Source of the DNA: a virus
Taxonomy: Duplodnaviria; Heunggongvirae; Uroviricota; Caudoviricetes
Strand: one strand, 5' to 3'
Virus record (IMG/VR): IMGVR_UViG_2690316195_000003
Length of the DNA stretch: 49,242 nt
The notes beneath the pieces were generated by a model. It worked only from the letters and a program-made list of their open reading frames with translations. It made no database searches and was not told the DNA's origin. The position numbers were made by a program, and so were the translations under genes. Below are positions 29,485 to 39,344 of the stretch, one piece after another; positions within the stretch are counted from its first letter, which is position 1, and every line of letters starts with the position of its first letter.

Positions 29485-29866
29485 TGCCGCCTCCTCCACC
29501 CCGCAGACGGGAGAACAGGCCGGACACCAGTGATGCAATATCCTGCTGGTGGATGAACGAGAGAATCTTCACCGACACCACTGACACCAGCACTGCACAC
29601 AGTGCGTCGACAGGCGCACCGTCAAACCCTGTATGCTTTACCAGCCAGGATGCCAGAACCTCTGCGCCCAGCACGCCGATAATGAACGACACCAGAAAAT
29701 GCGCCGCCACACGCCAGGCTGAAAGCGCCTGCGGCATCGTTGCCACAAATAACGCCCCGGCGAACGCACCAAACACAATCCCGAAATCCGTTCCGGTAAA
29801 CAGCCCGAATACCGTCGCCCCGCCGAGCGCCACAGCCGTACCGGAACCGGATAAGGGTTCAGACAT
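29474..29866 (-). CDS. holin
   Basis: 130-aa protein with Gly/Ala-rich hydrophobic segments; ribosome-binding site gggagg before the ATG; first gene of the lysis cassette. Confidence 0.5.
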   Translation of the reverse strand: MSEPLSGSGTAVALGGATVFGLFTGTDFGIVFGAFAGALFVATMPQALSAWRVAAHFLVSFIIGVLGAEVLASWLVKHTGFDGAPVDALCAVLVSVVSVKILSFIHQQDIASLVSGLFSRLRGGGGGNVK

Positions 29867-30041
29867 GCTTTTTCCTCCCACAAATAAAAAAGGGCCTCCA
29901 GCGGCCCGTAAAAACACCCTGTCAAAGGCACCCGCAGATGCCTTTTGTGTGGTGTTATCTGATGTGATGTGCGCCGGGCGCGGCGCGGATATGAAAAAGG
30001 CCCGCCGCAGCGAGCCTGTTTTCAATGAGTGCAAAATTCAA

Positions 30042-30785
30042 TTATTCTTGAGTAACACTTAAACTCATCTCATTGAATGCAGCCATCCTGTAACCTGCCG
30101 GTGTAACACCAAAATAACTCCTGAATACGCTGATAAAATAAGATGTAAAATTATAGCCGCACTGAGCAGCGATTCTGTTGATGGCGCAACGAGATTGATT
30201 CAACAGCATTGCTGCCATTCTCATTCTCTCTGTAAGCAACAACTCACTGAAACAGGTGCCTTCTTCTTTCAGTCTTTTTTTTAACAAACTTTCACTGATA
30301 CATAACCGCGAAGACACATCTCTCAGAGTCCAGTTTGCTGCAATGTCCGTACGAAACAATGCACTAAGCCTGTCACTAATATTGCTAATACACGCGGTCA
30401 GAAACGACGAAAACATCTTCTCTGATGAGAAAAACGCCAGACACGAAAAGGAAAGCATTTCCGCTAAATTGTCCGTATGAATCTTTTCCTCACAAAGATA
30501 ATCAATCAGGATGCCCATCAATTCTGCCTTCGGAAAACTCACGCAAAGATATCGTGGTATTTGCCGGACTAAAACTACATCCTGTTTTTCGTCTCCACAC
30601 AACAGGTAACGGCTAATTGTCGATTCACTGAGACTTATTCGCCGAAAACATTCCGAAAAGGGCAATAACGATCCAGCTCCCCCCCTGACAAGAAGTGCAC
30701 TACCACTTTCAAGAGAGAGCTCTTTTCCTTCAAAGAGCACAACAAACGGGGAATGAACAAAAACAACAGAACAGGCTTCATTCAT
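30042..30785 (-). CDS. AraC-family transcriptional regulator (prophage moron)
   Basis: C-terminal AraC-type helix-turn-helix region (WTLRDVSSRLCISESLLKKRLKEEG...INRIAAQCGYNFTSYFISVFRSYFGVTPAGYR); start placed at MNEACSVVF; sits between the Q-dependent terminator and the holin. Confidence 0.8.
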   Translation of the reverse strand: MNEACSVVFVHSPFVVLFEGKELSLESGSALLVRGGAGSLLPFSECFRRISLSESTISRYLLCGDEKQDVVLVRQIPRYLCVSFPKAELMGILIDYLCEEKIHTDNLAEMLSFSCLAFFSSEKMFSSFLTACISNISDRLSALFRTDIAANWTLRDVSSRLCISESLLKKRLKEEGTCFSELLLTERMRMAAMLLNQSRCAINRIAAQCGYNFTSYFISVFRSYFGVTPAGYRMAAFNEMSLSVTQE

Positions 30786-30905
30786 ATCAATTGCCCTGAC
30801 ATTACTGGTCACAAGATAAGTATATATCGATTTACAAAAATACAAGCCGAAAGACCAGTATTCGCAACCACCAGCACGTTTTATGTTCTCTGCCGTTTTT
30901 CGGAC

Positions 30906-30931
30906 ATAAAAAACCCGCTCAATGGCGGGTT
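30906..30931 (-). terminator. tR-prime-like intrinsic terminator downstream of Q
   Basis: Minus-strand hairpin aacccgcc-attga-gcgggtt followed by a T-run; located between the Q-like gene stop and the late genes. Confidence 0.45.
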
Positions 30932-31014
30932 GTATCAAAGTTCATGCGCTTGGTTCACCTCGCGATACAGCTTTGCGAAGCTTAGCAAAATTGAAGCGGT
31001 TTATGCGTAAAAAA

Positions 31015-31557
31015 TCAAGCCGTTTTTTGAGCGAATGATTCTCGCATAGGAATGTATAGCGCATACTCAGCAACGGCCAACCAATTAGCAATTCGCTTTT
31101 CGCATGTGCTAAAACACCACTCTGGGTGTGCATCATTTAGCAATTCAGCCATTTTGCGTTTGGTCATCCCCCGCCCCTCATACCGTTGACGAAGGACGCT
31201 AATCAATCCTGGATGCTCTGCCAGCACCTCACTTATGACCCGATCAATACATAACGCCTCTGCATCAGTACAATGCGCCAGCCAGCTCTTTTGCTTACCG
31301 TTAATCATATCCCGCAAAAAAGCCTCAAGTTCAGACTTGTTCAGACCTGCTTTTTTCATCCTCCGGAGCGCCTCGTTAATTGCCGTTTTTGTCAGCTTTT
31401 TAGAGGCCAACAACTGGTTGAACATATTCCCCGTCTTACCGCCGCCAATATACGACCAGCGCCCCCACATGCGCAGTTTTCCCTGAATCCAGACACTTTC
31501 CAGCGTGGTGAGACGAAGGTGTTCCCCGCTTTTGCCTGTATTTGTTGGGTAAATCAT
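31015..31557 (-). CDS. late-gene antitermination protein Q-like
   Basis: Position after YbcN/YbcO-like genes and before a terminator and the lysis genes; ribosome-binding site ggagaaagg before the internal ATG (MIYPTNTGKS); family call by position rather than motif. Confidence 0.5.
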   Translation of the reverse strand: MIYPTNTGKSGEHLRLTTLESVWIQGKLRMWGRWSYIGGGKTGNMFNQLLASKKLTKTAINEALRRMKKAGLNKSELEAFLRDMINGKQKSWLAHCTDAEALCIDRVISEVLAEHPGLISVLRQRYEGRGMTKRKMAELLNDAHPEWCFSTCEKRIANWLAVAEYALYIPMRESFAQKTA

Positions 31558-31844
31558 AAATAACCTTCCTTTCTCCAGATTTCTTGCGTGCGAAAAACAC
31601 CTTCTGCATGCATCAGGCGTAATTCTTCTTTGGTGTAATCGCTTGTTTTTACCCGCCCGTCGATTAAATCGTGGCACGAGCTACAGGCAATCGCTGCCTG
31701 CATATCGTGTGGCTTTATCGCCGTTCCGCACGTTCCCGCCAACCTGTAATGCGCCAGCACAGAAGTTTCGGGATTGTGATTGCAGTAGCCAGGGATTCTG
31801 ACCTGGCACATCTGGCCCCGCGCCGCTTTACGTAAATCCACCAT
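31554..31844 (-). CDS. YbcO-like (DUF1364) protein
   Basis: N-terminus MVDLRKAARGQMCQVRIPGYCNHNPETSVLAHYR resembles the DLP12 YbcO family. Confidence 0.55.
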   Translation of the reverse strand: MVDLRKAARGQMCQVRIPGYCNHNPETSVLAHYRLAGTCGTAIKPHDMQAAIACSSCHDLIDGRVKTSDYTKEELRLMHAEGVFRTQEIWRKEGYL

Positions 31845-32443
31845 TACGCAAACTCCAGTAGCTGCGCGGCCACATTTTCGACTTGTTCCGGAGAGGAAAA
31901 TTTACGGAACAGAATCCAGTTCCACAGCACATTCAGTACAGATTTATAAACCTGCTGAAACTCGGTTTCGTCCATATTCGCAAACGCGATGGATTTCGCC
32001 CGACGCCCACGACTACCGTCCGGATAAATATGCTCGGTGTAAAATCCGGCCTGAATGGTTACCCACTCGCGGAAAGCCTCAAACGACTTTAGCAATGCCG
32101 TATCACGGGTTCTGTGTGTCGCAACTGTATTCAGATATTGCTCTGCGGCTTCGCTCAGAGCTGGCGTATGTTCCCGGCCTACTGATTCACACAGGTAATC
32201 AACGAAACCGGACACCAGTTTTCGTTCGCGAGGCGTGATCGCCCCACCGACCGGAGTCCAGTAATCGAAACCCAGTTGCAGGAGTTTGAAAAAACGCTTG
32301 TGGAATGCGTAGTTACGCACACGCTTAAAGTCTGCGTGTATCCACTCACCTATTTTGATTTGATGCAGAAAATCGCAACTCTCCGGCGTCGCCGGGAGAA
32401 GTAAACCAGAAGAAGTTTGTTTGACCAGTTGTATATGCGCCAT
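31844..32443 (-). CDS. YbcN-like (DUF1367) protein
   Basis: 199-aa ORF in the nin-region position upstream of the YbcO-like gene. Confidence 0.5.
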   Translation of the reverse strand: MAHIQLVKQTSSGLLLPATPESCDFLHQIKIGEWIHADFKRVRNYAFHKRFFKLLQLGFDYWTPVGGAITPRERKLVSGFVDYLCESVGREHTPALSEAAEQYLNTVATHRTRDTALLKSFEAFREWVTIQAGFYTEHIYPDGSRGRRAKSIAFANMDETEFQQVYKSVLNVLWNWILFRKFSSPEQVENVAAQLLEFA

Positions 32444-32716
32444 TTCTCAATCTCTCGATGGCGCAGTGCAGCAGATGCCAGTTGTTCAGGCTGACGAATG
32501 AAGTATAAATAAACTGGCTCCAGTGTAAAGCCCCCACATTGATGGAATAAAAACCAAACAACAGATTGCTGGGATAAAAACAACGCTTATTATTAAAAGC
32601 GGTTAGACAAATTAAATTTTAATGTTATGCAAATCTGCCAGATTAGCATAATATTTCATTTGAAAACCGCTGAAATAACAATCTTATCGGGATTAATCAT
32701 ATTAAGGTGAGTAAAT

Positions 32717-32803
32717 ATGGAAAACAACAAATCTGCACATTACGCTCCTTTTTTATCTGTAATACTTTTTGTATTTTGTTGTGTATGGGCGGTATTTTTA
32801 TAA
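32717..32803 (+). CDS. 28-aa hydrophobic peptide (MENNKSAHYAPFLSVILFVFCCVWAVFL)
   Basis: ATG preceded by aaggtga ribosome-binding site and followed 18 bp later by a perfect hairpin; polar head plus single hydrophobic helix. Confidence 0.3.
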   Translation: MENNKSAHYAPFLSVILFVFCCVWAVFL

Positions 32804-32820
32804 AACACACCCATAAATAA

Positions 32821-32846
32821 ATCAAACCCGCTACAGCGGGTTTGAT
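32821..32846. terminator. bidirectional terminator hairpin
   Basis: atcaaacccgc-taca-gcgggtttgat: perfect 11-bp stem; 12 nt downstream of the S8 protease stop (minus strand) and downstream of the small plus-strand ORF. Confidence 0.6.
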
Positions 32847-32857
32847 TTATATAGTTG

Positions 32858-35122
32858 TTATACGGAAACTGGCACACGAGCAGGCAATGGATAGTGAGCC
32901 CAGTTATTAGCACTTAAAGCTCTTACGCCATCAGCATAAACTTGTGTGTTTCCATCTAATGATTTTAAAGTTACTACAATAGTTACAGGTAAAGGCTCCA
33001 TTAAGGCCGGTTCATTCGCTCTCAACGTTGTTTTAGCTTGAAGAGCCCAGTTACCCGAAGTAATTCCTTTATTAAATGCCTTGCGATGAATTTTTACTGG
33101 TGACCACTTTCCACCATGCTCAATTTGAGCTCTCTCATATCCAGATTGACCGTTTTCTCCTTCCATAGGTACTTTTCCTTTTATAGTATTATTCTCAATT
33201 AAGCCAAAACTTAGCTCTACGTTCGCGCGAACATATTCACTGCCGGCATTAGGGTTCAGTGGTGGTGCATATGCAGCAGTAATTACAATCTCACCTTTAA
33301 ATTTTCCATTTTGAATAAGTGCCGATGGTATGGGATAGTTTTCCTTTCTCCACCTCACCCCAGGAACCAAGAATGTTTGGAAAATCAGAGTAAACCTATC
33401 ATCACTATCATATAAGGTCTCAATAACCTCATTAGGAATTCCCGCTCCCAAATAGCGTCTTTCACTTGGCGAGTAATCAGGAGAAGATAATTGAGCGGAA
33501 TGAATTAATAATGCTTTAATCAATGATGGTGAAACATTAAAGTCTGAATTAGTGGCTATTCTCTGCCATGTATGCGCAGCTAAACTTGCCACAATTGGAG
33601 CAGCAAAACTAGTACCAAAATTAGAGCAAAGCCTATTATCTGGCCCTACGACCTTTAAACTGCTTGCTCCTACATTCCAAGGTCTATGAACCCCACCGCC
33701 AGCATGGATTATATCTGGCTTTGGAGTAAATACAGGCCCAGGGCCACGACGAGTATATGGTGTCGGTGTTCCAATTTCACTTAAAGCATCATTAGCTTCC
33801 ATATGAGAAACTGAACCAACTGTTAGTGCTCGGACTGACTCTCCAGGAGAGGAAATTAAATCAGCACCTCCAAGCGGATCAGGATTTGGCCATGTACGTA
33901 TAGGTTCATCTACATAATTACCTGCAGCAACTACAAACAAAATACCAAATTTATCGCTGAGCCGATCTAACTCCATCGCAAAATCACTAAACATCTGCTC
34001 ATTACATGGTCCGCCTCCCAAAGACAAATTCCAGACTTTTATATCTGGTCTTTTATTTACAGCATCTGCTAGCCTCAGAATTAAATCTGATATATAAGAT
34101 CCATTTTCATCTAAAGCACAAACATCATGGATTTTAGATTTTGTATCAGGAATCCATGGATGATTGTCATTTAAAAAATGAGCGCCTGATATCAATGAAG
34201 ACACCATAGTCCCATGTTCATAACTCGTATCAGGAGGAATTACGTATGTTTCCCTACTCACTACCCAAGGAGTAATTGTTGCCGCGATGGGGCTTACCCC
34301 AGTGTCAAATACAGCAACAATGGGTAATTCTTCTGATGGTACGGGAAAGCTATTTGTTTCAATGCCAACAGAATCACTTACACTAACCGGGAATGCTGAA
34401 TATTTTGGTTCTGGAATTAACGTTCTTATACCCGGGTAATCAATGAGAATGTCTAATATATATCTATCATTTGGGGATAAATCCATTATCCTTAATAAGG
34501 GAAGACCACATTTTTGTCTAATCTCATCATATTTAACTCCGTGTTGTTCTAATATAGAAATAACGTTTTCATAGTTGTTGTAAGTTGCATCTTCACCTGT
34601 GTACTCAAATAGTCGTACAAGGATGTTTGATGATTCAAACAAACCATCAGTGCCTCCTGGAACCTTCCTATTCTCATCCCAAGGTTCAATGCGCTCAATC
34701 GCGCTTAGATTAGCCAAAATCGCTTTAATATTCCGATGTAAAATGACTGACTCTAATACGTCAAAACAGCCGGCATGAGCAGCAACCAACATTTCATCTA
34801 TTTTGGCATGACCGGCATTTTGCAATCCAGCCTCTTGAGCAATTTTGTTCGGCCTATGCGTTTTGGCTATTCCCTGGTCTCTTAATTTGAAAACCAAAGT
34901 ACCCAAGCTTCCAGGGTACTCTGAAAGTTTGGATTCTAAATAATGTTTACTGGTTGTTAAATTTCTTACTAACCCTTGTCTATATTCGGCTGTTACATCA
35001 ACCAATACCTTTGCCCCACCGCCAGCGTTTACTATTGCACCCAAGTCACTACTGGAAAAAGGGATTCTTAACATTGGGTTTGTAACTTTTGCGTTACTAA
35101 ACTGTGTACCCCTTCTGCTCAT
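32858..35122 (-). CDS. S8 subtilisin-like serine protease, cytoplasmic (no signal peptide), with extra N- and C-terminal domains
   Basis: Catalytic triad motifs in canonical order: IVAVFDTGV (Asp273, codon 34304-34306), YEHGTMVSS (His303), GTSFAAP (Ser505), plus NLSLGGG and VVAAGN subtilase motifs; 754 aa; AT-rich. Confidence 0.85.
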   Translation of the reverse strand: MSRRGTQFSNAKVTNPMLRIPFSSSDLGAIVNAGGGAKVLVDVTAEYRQGLVRNLTTSKHYLESKLSEYPGSLGTLVFKLRDQGIAKTHRPNKIAQEAGLQNAGHAKIDEMLVAAHAGCFDVLESVILHRNIKAILANLSAIERIEPWDENRKVPGGTDGLFESSNILVRLFEYTGEDATYNNYENVISILEQHGVKYDEIRQKCGLPLLRIMDLSPNDRYILDILIDYPGIRTLIPEPKYSAFPVSVSDSVGIETNSFPVPSEELPIVAVFDTGVSPIAATITPWVVSRETYVIPPDTSYEHGTMVSSLISGAHFLNDNHPWIPDTKSKIHDVCALDENGSYISDLILRLADAVNKRPDIKVWNLSLGGGPCNEQMFSDFAMELDRLSDKFGILFVVAAGNYVDEPIRTWPNPDPLGGADLISSPGESVRALTVGSVSHMEANDALSEIGTPTPYTRRGPGPVFTPKPDIIHAGGGVHRPWNVGASSLKVVGPDNRLCSNFGTSFAAPIVASLAAHTWQRIATNSDFNVSPSLIKALLIHSAQLSSPDYSPSERRYLGAGIPNEVIETLYDSDDRFTLIFQTFLVPGVRWRKENYPIPSALIQNGKFKGEIVITAAYAPPLNPNAGSEYVRANVELSFGLIENNTIKGKVPMEGENGQSGYERAQIEHGGKWSPVKIHRKAFNKGITSGNWALQAKTTLRANEPALMEPLPVTIVVTLKSLDGNTQVYADGVRALSANNWAHYPLPARVPVSV

Positions 35123-36251
35123 ATGCTCCTGACTCCTTCAGAATGTTTGAAATTACTCTTGATGTAAGTTTGTACAAATTAGCAAGAACTCTGATAGAAA
35201 ATAATTTTTTATCTTTAGAACGTAACCAACGAATTTCATCTTCGTAAGTGCTTAAATTTACACCTTCCATAAGCGATTGAGCAAGATACAAACGCCTATA
35301 CAATTTATGGTGATTTATCACACTTGCACCTTCAATAACTGCATCCCTACGTGCATCCAAGCTCACCTGTTCAATTATTGCTCCGGATAATCCTTCCGAT
35401 TTTCTTGATAAATCACTTAAATCTAGATCGCTACATATCATATTCTTTAAACGATTTTTCCAAATTAACTCTCTCTGATGTATGTCAGGCAGAGGCATTG
35501 GAATTCTGAAGCTAAATCGCCTCCAGATTGCAGGATCCAGAAGTTGCTCATGGTTAGTTGAGGCAATAATTACCGTATCCTCTGATGCCGCATCCATATT
35601 CTGCAATAGTGAAATGACAACTCGCTGAAGCTCACCTATATCTCTCTCATTACCTCTTGCTCCAGCTAAAGCATCAAATTCGTCTAAAAAAAGCACTGAT
35701 GGCCTCTGCATTACATAATCGAAAACCTGTCTAAGATTTTTGCTGGTTTGTCCCAATAAACTACTAATCAAAGTATCGCAACGCACTGTAAGAAGTGGAA
35801 AATCTAAGCGGGTAGCGATGTACTTAGATAACATAGTCTTACCTGTTCCTGGCTTTCCATACACGAGCATACGACTCGGCAATGCTGCATCAGCTTTAAC
35901 AAACTCATCATAACGTTGAACATTAGTGATAAACTCTTCAACACGGGTACTGATTGCTGCAGGCAGAAAAATCTCTGAACTGTCTAATTTAGGATAACTG
36001 ACATCAACAGTGTTGAGTCGACTATCAATATCTACCGGTAATGAGCCCAGAGATATCCCACCTCCAGCCCTTTGAGCTCCTGCCAACGCCTGGGGAGCTC
36101 TAAGCAACCTTTCTCTTATCATTCTGGCTTGCTTGACCTCCCCTTTTTGTTCGAGCTTATCTGCCAGCAACCCAGCATAATTACTAGCCATCGAAGCATT
36201 TGCCTTTGTTGCACCTTCAATGATTTTTAACACTTCTGATAAATAATCCAT
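35097..36251 (-). CDS. classical AAA+ ATPase
   Basis: Walker A YGKPGTGKTML, Walker B VLFLDEFDAL, and sensor / second region of homology IIASTNHEQLLDPAIWRRFSF; 26-bp overlap with the downstream protease gene indicates an operon. Confidence 0.85.
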   Translation of the reverse strand: MDYLSEVLKIIEGATKANASMASNYAGLLADKLEQKGEVKQARMIRERLLRAPQALAGAQRAGGGISLGSLPVDIDSRLNTVDVSYPKLDSSEIFLPAAISTRVEEFITNVQRYDEFVKADAALPSRMLVYGKPGTGKTMLSKYIATRLDFPLLTVRCDTLISSLLGQTSKNLRQVFDYVMQRPSVLFLDEFDALAGARGNERDIGELQRVVISLLQNMDAASEDTVIIASTNHEQLLDPAIWRRFSFRIPMPLPDIHQRELIWKNRLKNMICSDLDLSDLSRKSEGLSGAIIEQVSLDARRDAVIEGASVINHHKLYRRLYLAQSLMEGVNLSTYEDEIRWLRSKDKKLFSIRVLANLYKLTSRVISNILKESGAYEQKGYTV

Positions 36252-36444
36252 TCAACACTCCCACAACAAAAAGCCACAGCAATCAAAAAATGAGCACGCA
36301 GAATCAAAATACTCTCTAATCGTAACGCATTTTGAGATTTTTGATACGTTTTTTTGTGATTATGTAACGCCAAATGGTCATTTTGTGTCAGAAAAATAAA
36401 TCTTAGTACCGAGAATATGTAGCTTCCATCCTTCATCGTTCTAT
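36252..36444 (-). promoter_or_regulatory. AT-rich putative promoter region for the AAA+/S8 operon
   Basis: About 190 bp AT-rich non-coding DNA immediately upstream of the ATPase start; no -35/-10 elements confidently assigned. Confidence 0.3.
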
Positions 36445-36891
36445 TCATCCCTGATCTCCAAGCCTCTCTCGAAAACCATTCTGATAAAACGCCAGCACAC
36501 GCTGCATAACTTCGCTCTTCCGGCACTCGCGACAGATTATGTTCTGACGCCTGTCGTAGCGGCGTATTTCTCCGTCTGGTAATGACCAGATAAGGTCCGG
36601 ATCAACCACAACCGGTTTCTTCATCTTTGCCCTTGAGAGCTTTTTACGGGCATTTTGCCAGTCCTTACGCGCCTGTTCAGACGGGAATAACCCGTAACCA
36701 GAGTTGTATACATCGCCGCTGGCAACCAGCTCTCTTGCGAGAACGCTCATCAGATATCTTGTCGCACCTGTCTTGACTTCCAGTTGCCGTAACGTCTCGC
36801 GCCCATTCTGGCGCACGAGTTCAACAACCTGCCCCTTAATTTTTTCCCGCTCTTCTTGTGTAAATACTTTTGCCATAAGCGCCTCCGGCAA
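36445..36891 (-). CDS. hypothetical phage early protein
   Basis: 148-aa ORF; basic C-terminal region with CxxC (CRECRK). Confidence 0.35.
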   Translation of the reverse strand: MPEALMAKVFTQEEREKIKGQVVELVRQNGRETLRQLEVKTGATRYLMSVLARELVASGDVYNSGYGLFPSEQARKDWQNARKKLSRAKMKKPVVVDPDLIWSLPDGEIRRYDRRQNIICRECRKSEVMQRVLAFYQNGFRERLGDQG

Positions 36892-37653
36892 TCACTTTTC
36901 CGATACAACACAGCGGGAAGAATCAGTAATCTGGCGAACAATATCCCGGTGCTTGTTCAACTCCCGCAGCGCGGCGCAGACACGCTCCCACTTCTGGACA
37001 TGGCTTTTCGCCCGACGCAGTTTGCGGTTTGCCAGATGCAGCGATGGCAAAATCAAATCATCCGCCCGCGTTTCGGTAAACGATGGCAACGACTGCACAA
37101 TGTCCGCTACAGTATCTGTTTTAATTTCTTCCTGTGTTGCAGCCTCCTGTACTGGTAACGCAACACCTGCGGGCTGAGGAAAAGCCTTACCATCAGTTTC
37201 CGCTACCGATGCTGCTTTCGGCTCTGCTGGTAAATTATCGCCCGGTATGCAGTAACGAAATTTACCGCCCTGATTTACGCGAATCAGACGACCTTTGCTG
37301 ATTGCCATTGCCAGCGTTGAAGCCACTTTGCGTGATGTGGTACCAAACAATGTAGCCAGCTCATCAGCCGTTTGTGGTCCGCGTTGTTCAATCGTCGCGG
37401 TTAAATCGCACTCTGAGATTTTCGCTACTGTTGCTGTGGTGGTTTCTTCCGGCAGTTCTGCCTGCTCTGGCTGTTCCTGCTGAACGTTGTTATCAGCCAC
37501 ACGCCAGGTGTATACGCTTTTATCAACGAAACCAGCCTTTTTCAGTTCCCACAGCTCGTTCAGTACCTCTTCACGACTGATATCAAGTCGCGCAGCGAGT
37601 TCTACCGACGTGGCTTTTCCCATTGCTTTCAGTGCGTCAAAAACAGTCTCCAT
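36892..37653 (-). CDS. putative DNA-binding protein (winged-helix-like N-terminus), phage early region
   Basis: N-terminal [43 protein letters not shown] resembles a winged-helix DNA-binding domain. Confidence 0.4.
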   Translation of the reverse strand: METVFDALKAMGKATSVELAARLDISREEVLNELWELKKAGFVDKSVYTWRVADNNVQQEQPEQAELPEETTTATVAKISECDLTATIEQRGPQTADELATLFGTTSRKVASTLAMAISKGRLIRVNQGGKFRYCIPGDNLPAEPKAASVAETDGKAFPQPAGVALPVQEAATQEEIKTDTVADIVQSLPSFTETRADDLILPSLHLANRKLRRAKSHVQKWERVCAALRELNKHRDIVRQITDSSRCVVSEK

Positions 37654-37686
37654 TAAAATTTGCTCCCGGTAAAATTACTTATCAAC

Positions 37687-38229
37687 TCAAACAAAACCAG
37701 CCGCTTTCCGGCGTTCATATTCCTGTTTCAGCAACTCAATTGGTGTTGGCCCCGACGGGCGTTCTGGTGCTGCCAGTTGCCGCCGTACGGGCGGAACGCT
37801 GAAGCCGTCACCAACATGCTTTGCCCATTTCGCCAGTTGCCGTTCTGCAAGTCGTTTTAACTCCCCTTCGGTCATCTGGCGCTCAATCCCCTTTGAACGC
37901 ATCTCGAGGCAAATGTGATACAGCACAGGCTGAGACCACGGGTATTTATCGCTTCCGTCGTATCGCCAGGACTCGTTGCGCCAGCGTCGGTACTCCTCCA
38001 TCACAGCATCCACCGTCAGACCGAATGGATTGGCCCCGCTTTCCGAAATCAGCGCCACAAACTCAGCCAGGTCCGGAGGCCATGTTTCACCCGTCCGGCA
38101 GCGGTCCATGCACTGGCGGCAGACCTGTCGGATTTGCTGCTCAGTCATCGCACCAATCTGTGCAATCCAGAGCTTCGAAGGTGCGGCCCCGTTCTTCTGG
38201 GTCCAGCGGTTCGAATAAACCTCCCCCAT
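37687..38229 (-). CDS. replication protein P-like (helicase loader)
   Basis: C-terminal region (...[39 protein letters not shown]...) resembles the C-terminal region of lambda P; start uncertain (ORF extends to 38352). Confidence 0.5.
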   Translation of the reverse strand: MGEVYSNRWTQKNGAAPSKLWIAQIGAMTEQQIRQVCRQCMDRCRTGETWPPDLAEFVALISESGANPFGLTVDAVMEEYRRWRNESWRYDGSDKYPWSQPVLYHICLEMRSKGIERQMTEGELKRLAERQLAKWAKHVGDGFSVPPVRRQLAAPERPSGPTPIELLKQEYERRKAAGFV

Positions 38230-39247
38230 GAGTTCCCACAACTTCCAGGCCGTTTCCGTCGCTGATAAATCCGTTTTCACGTTCCCACTGCTCACGTGCT
38301 GCCCGAATTTCCTGAACTGCCCGTGATGCGGTGCCACCTGGTGCTGCTGCATGGTTCACCCCCTTGCTGACTGGTTTAACCTGCGCCCTGACGTGATTTA
38401 CGTGACGGGCGAATTTCTGCTCCCACTGAACCTGCGTGAAAACTTTCCCCTCCGCTGCCCAGTAGTCCCGGAAGGCGGCAAGTTCAGCTGGTGTAAATTC
38501 CGGCTCCGGCAGAGCCACTCCCCACAGAGCTGCCCGCCGTCGAAAATCCAGCGACGGATGCCAGCCATCAGTCATCGGAAATTTCCCGATGGGTTCGTTC
38601 AGGCCTTCCAGGTAATCAGGTTCCGCTGTCTGCAACGGCACGCCATTTGCCTCACTGGCCGGAGCACTCTCGCGCACGCGCGCGTTATGTGTGGGGTTTA
38701 TATATCTGTTATCTGTTATCTGGATACCGCATGACAAAGCGTTAGCCTTATCCTTAGGCTTATCCTCAGGCAAAGGGATTGCCTTATCGAATGCCATCCC
38801 CAAAGCCTCAGAAACCCCATAGGACGCGGCTCTCAGCGATTCCCTGGCCTCCCATTTGAGAGGACAATCAGGAATTAAAGCGAATGCCTTTGCCCAGGAT
38901 TTAATGACATTTATCGAGTTTGGCGGATTGTGTTTCGCAGCATTCGGGAGCCAAAAAACTCTGGCTTTGATATCTGCTTTCACCATGCCAAGATTCATGG
39001 CTTCGCCTAAGGCTAAGTCAAAGGCTTCGATATCCCACCCCAACTCTTCAGCCATTGCTGCCCGCCCGGCTTTAAACAACCCAGGAATAATCCCGGTAAA
39101 TGGACTGGTCAGCAGATAAATAAACAAACTCTGTCCACTTGGAGGCAGAGGAGATAACGCCCTAAATTTGGGATCATCCCATATCGTTATTTTTACCTTG
39201 CGATAAGGCTCATTGTTTGCCTTAGTTTTTGGCATGGGATTTGGCAT
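38141..39247 (-). CDS. replication initiation protein (O-like), contains ori-like repeats
   Basis: Position immediately upstream of the P-like gene; internal clustered repeats; start uncertain (ORF extends to 39319). Confidence 0.45.
   Translation of the reverse strand: MPNPMPKTKANNEPYRKVKITIWDDPKFRALSPLPPSGQSLFIYLLTSPFTGIIPGLFKAGRAAMAEELGWDIEAFDLALGEAMNLGMVKADIKARVFWLPNAAKHNPPNSINVIKSWAKAFALIPDCPLKWEARESLRAASYGVSEALGMAFDKAIPLPEDKPKDKANALSCGIQITDNRYINPTHNARVRESAPASEANGVPLQTAEPDYLEGLNEPIGKFPMTDGWHPSLDFRRRAALWGVALPEPEFTPAELAAFRDYWAAEGKVFTQVQWEQKFARHVNHVRAQVKPVSKGVNHAAAPGGTASRAVQEIRAAREQWERENGFISDGNGLEVVGTHGGGLFEPLDPEERGRTFEALDCTDWCDD
38700..38790. repeat. iteron / DnaA-box-like repeat cluster (putative ori) inside the O-like gene
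   Basis: ctgttatctgttatctgg then ccttatccttaggcttatcctcagg then gccttatcg; TTATCCTCA is one mismatch from the DnaA box consensus TTATCCACA. Confidence 0.4.
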
Positions 39248-39344
39248 ATTTTTAGCCTTAACCATAATTGCCTCATCTGGTGTCGAACCTTCCTCCGGAT
39301 ATAATCTGTGATTCCCCAATCAACAGAACCAAAGGAGGTTCGAC

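Noticed and set aside
30939-31014. tRNA genes in the Q-to-lysis interval, as found in some lambdoid prophages
   Set aside because: Interval is only ~76 bp and no cloverleaf-compatible sequence was seen; no tRNA-like sequence found elsewhere in the window by eye
36227-36526. 99-aa minus-strand ORF spanning the region upstream of the AAA+ ATPase
   Set aside because: Runs through the AT-rich putative promoter region and overlaps the ATPase start; no ribosome-binding site or recognisable features
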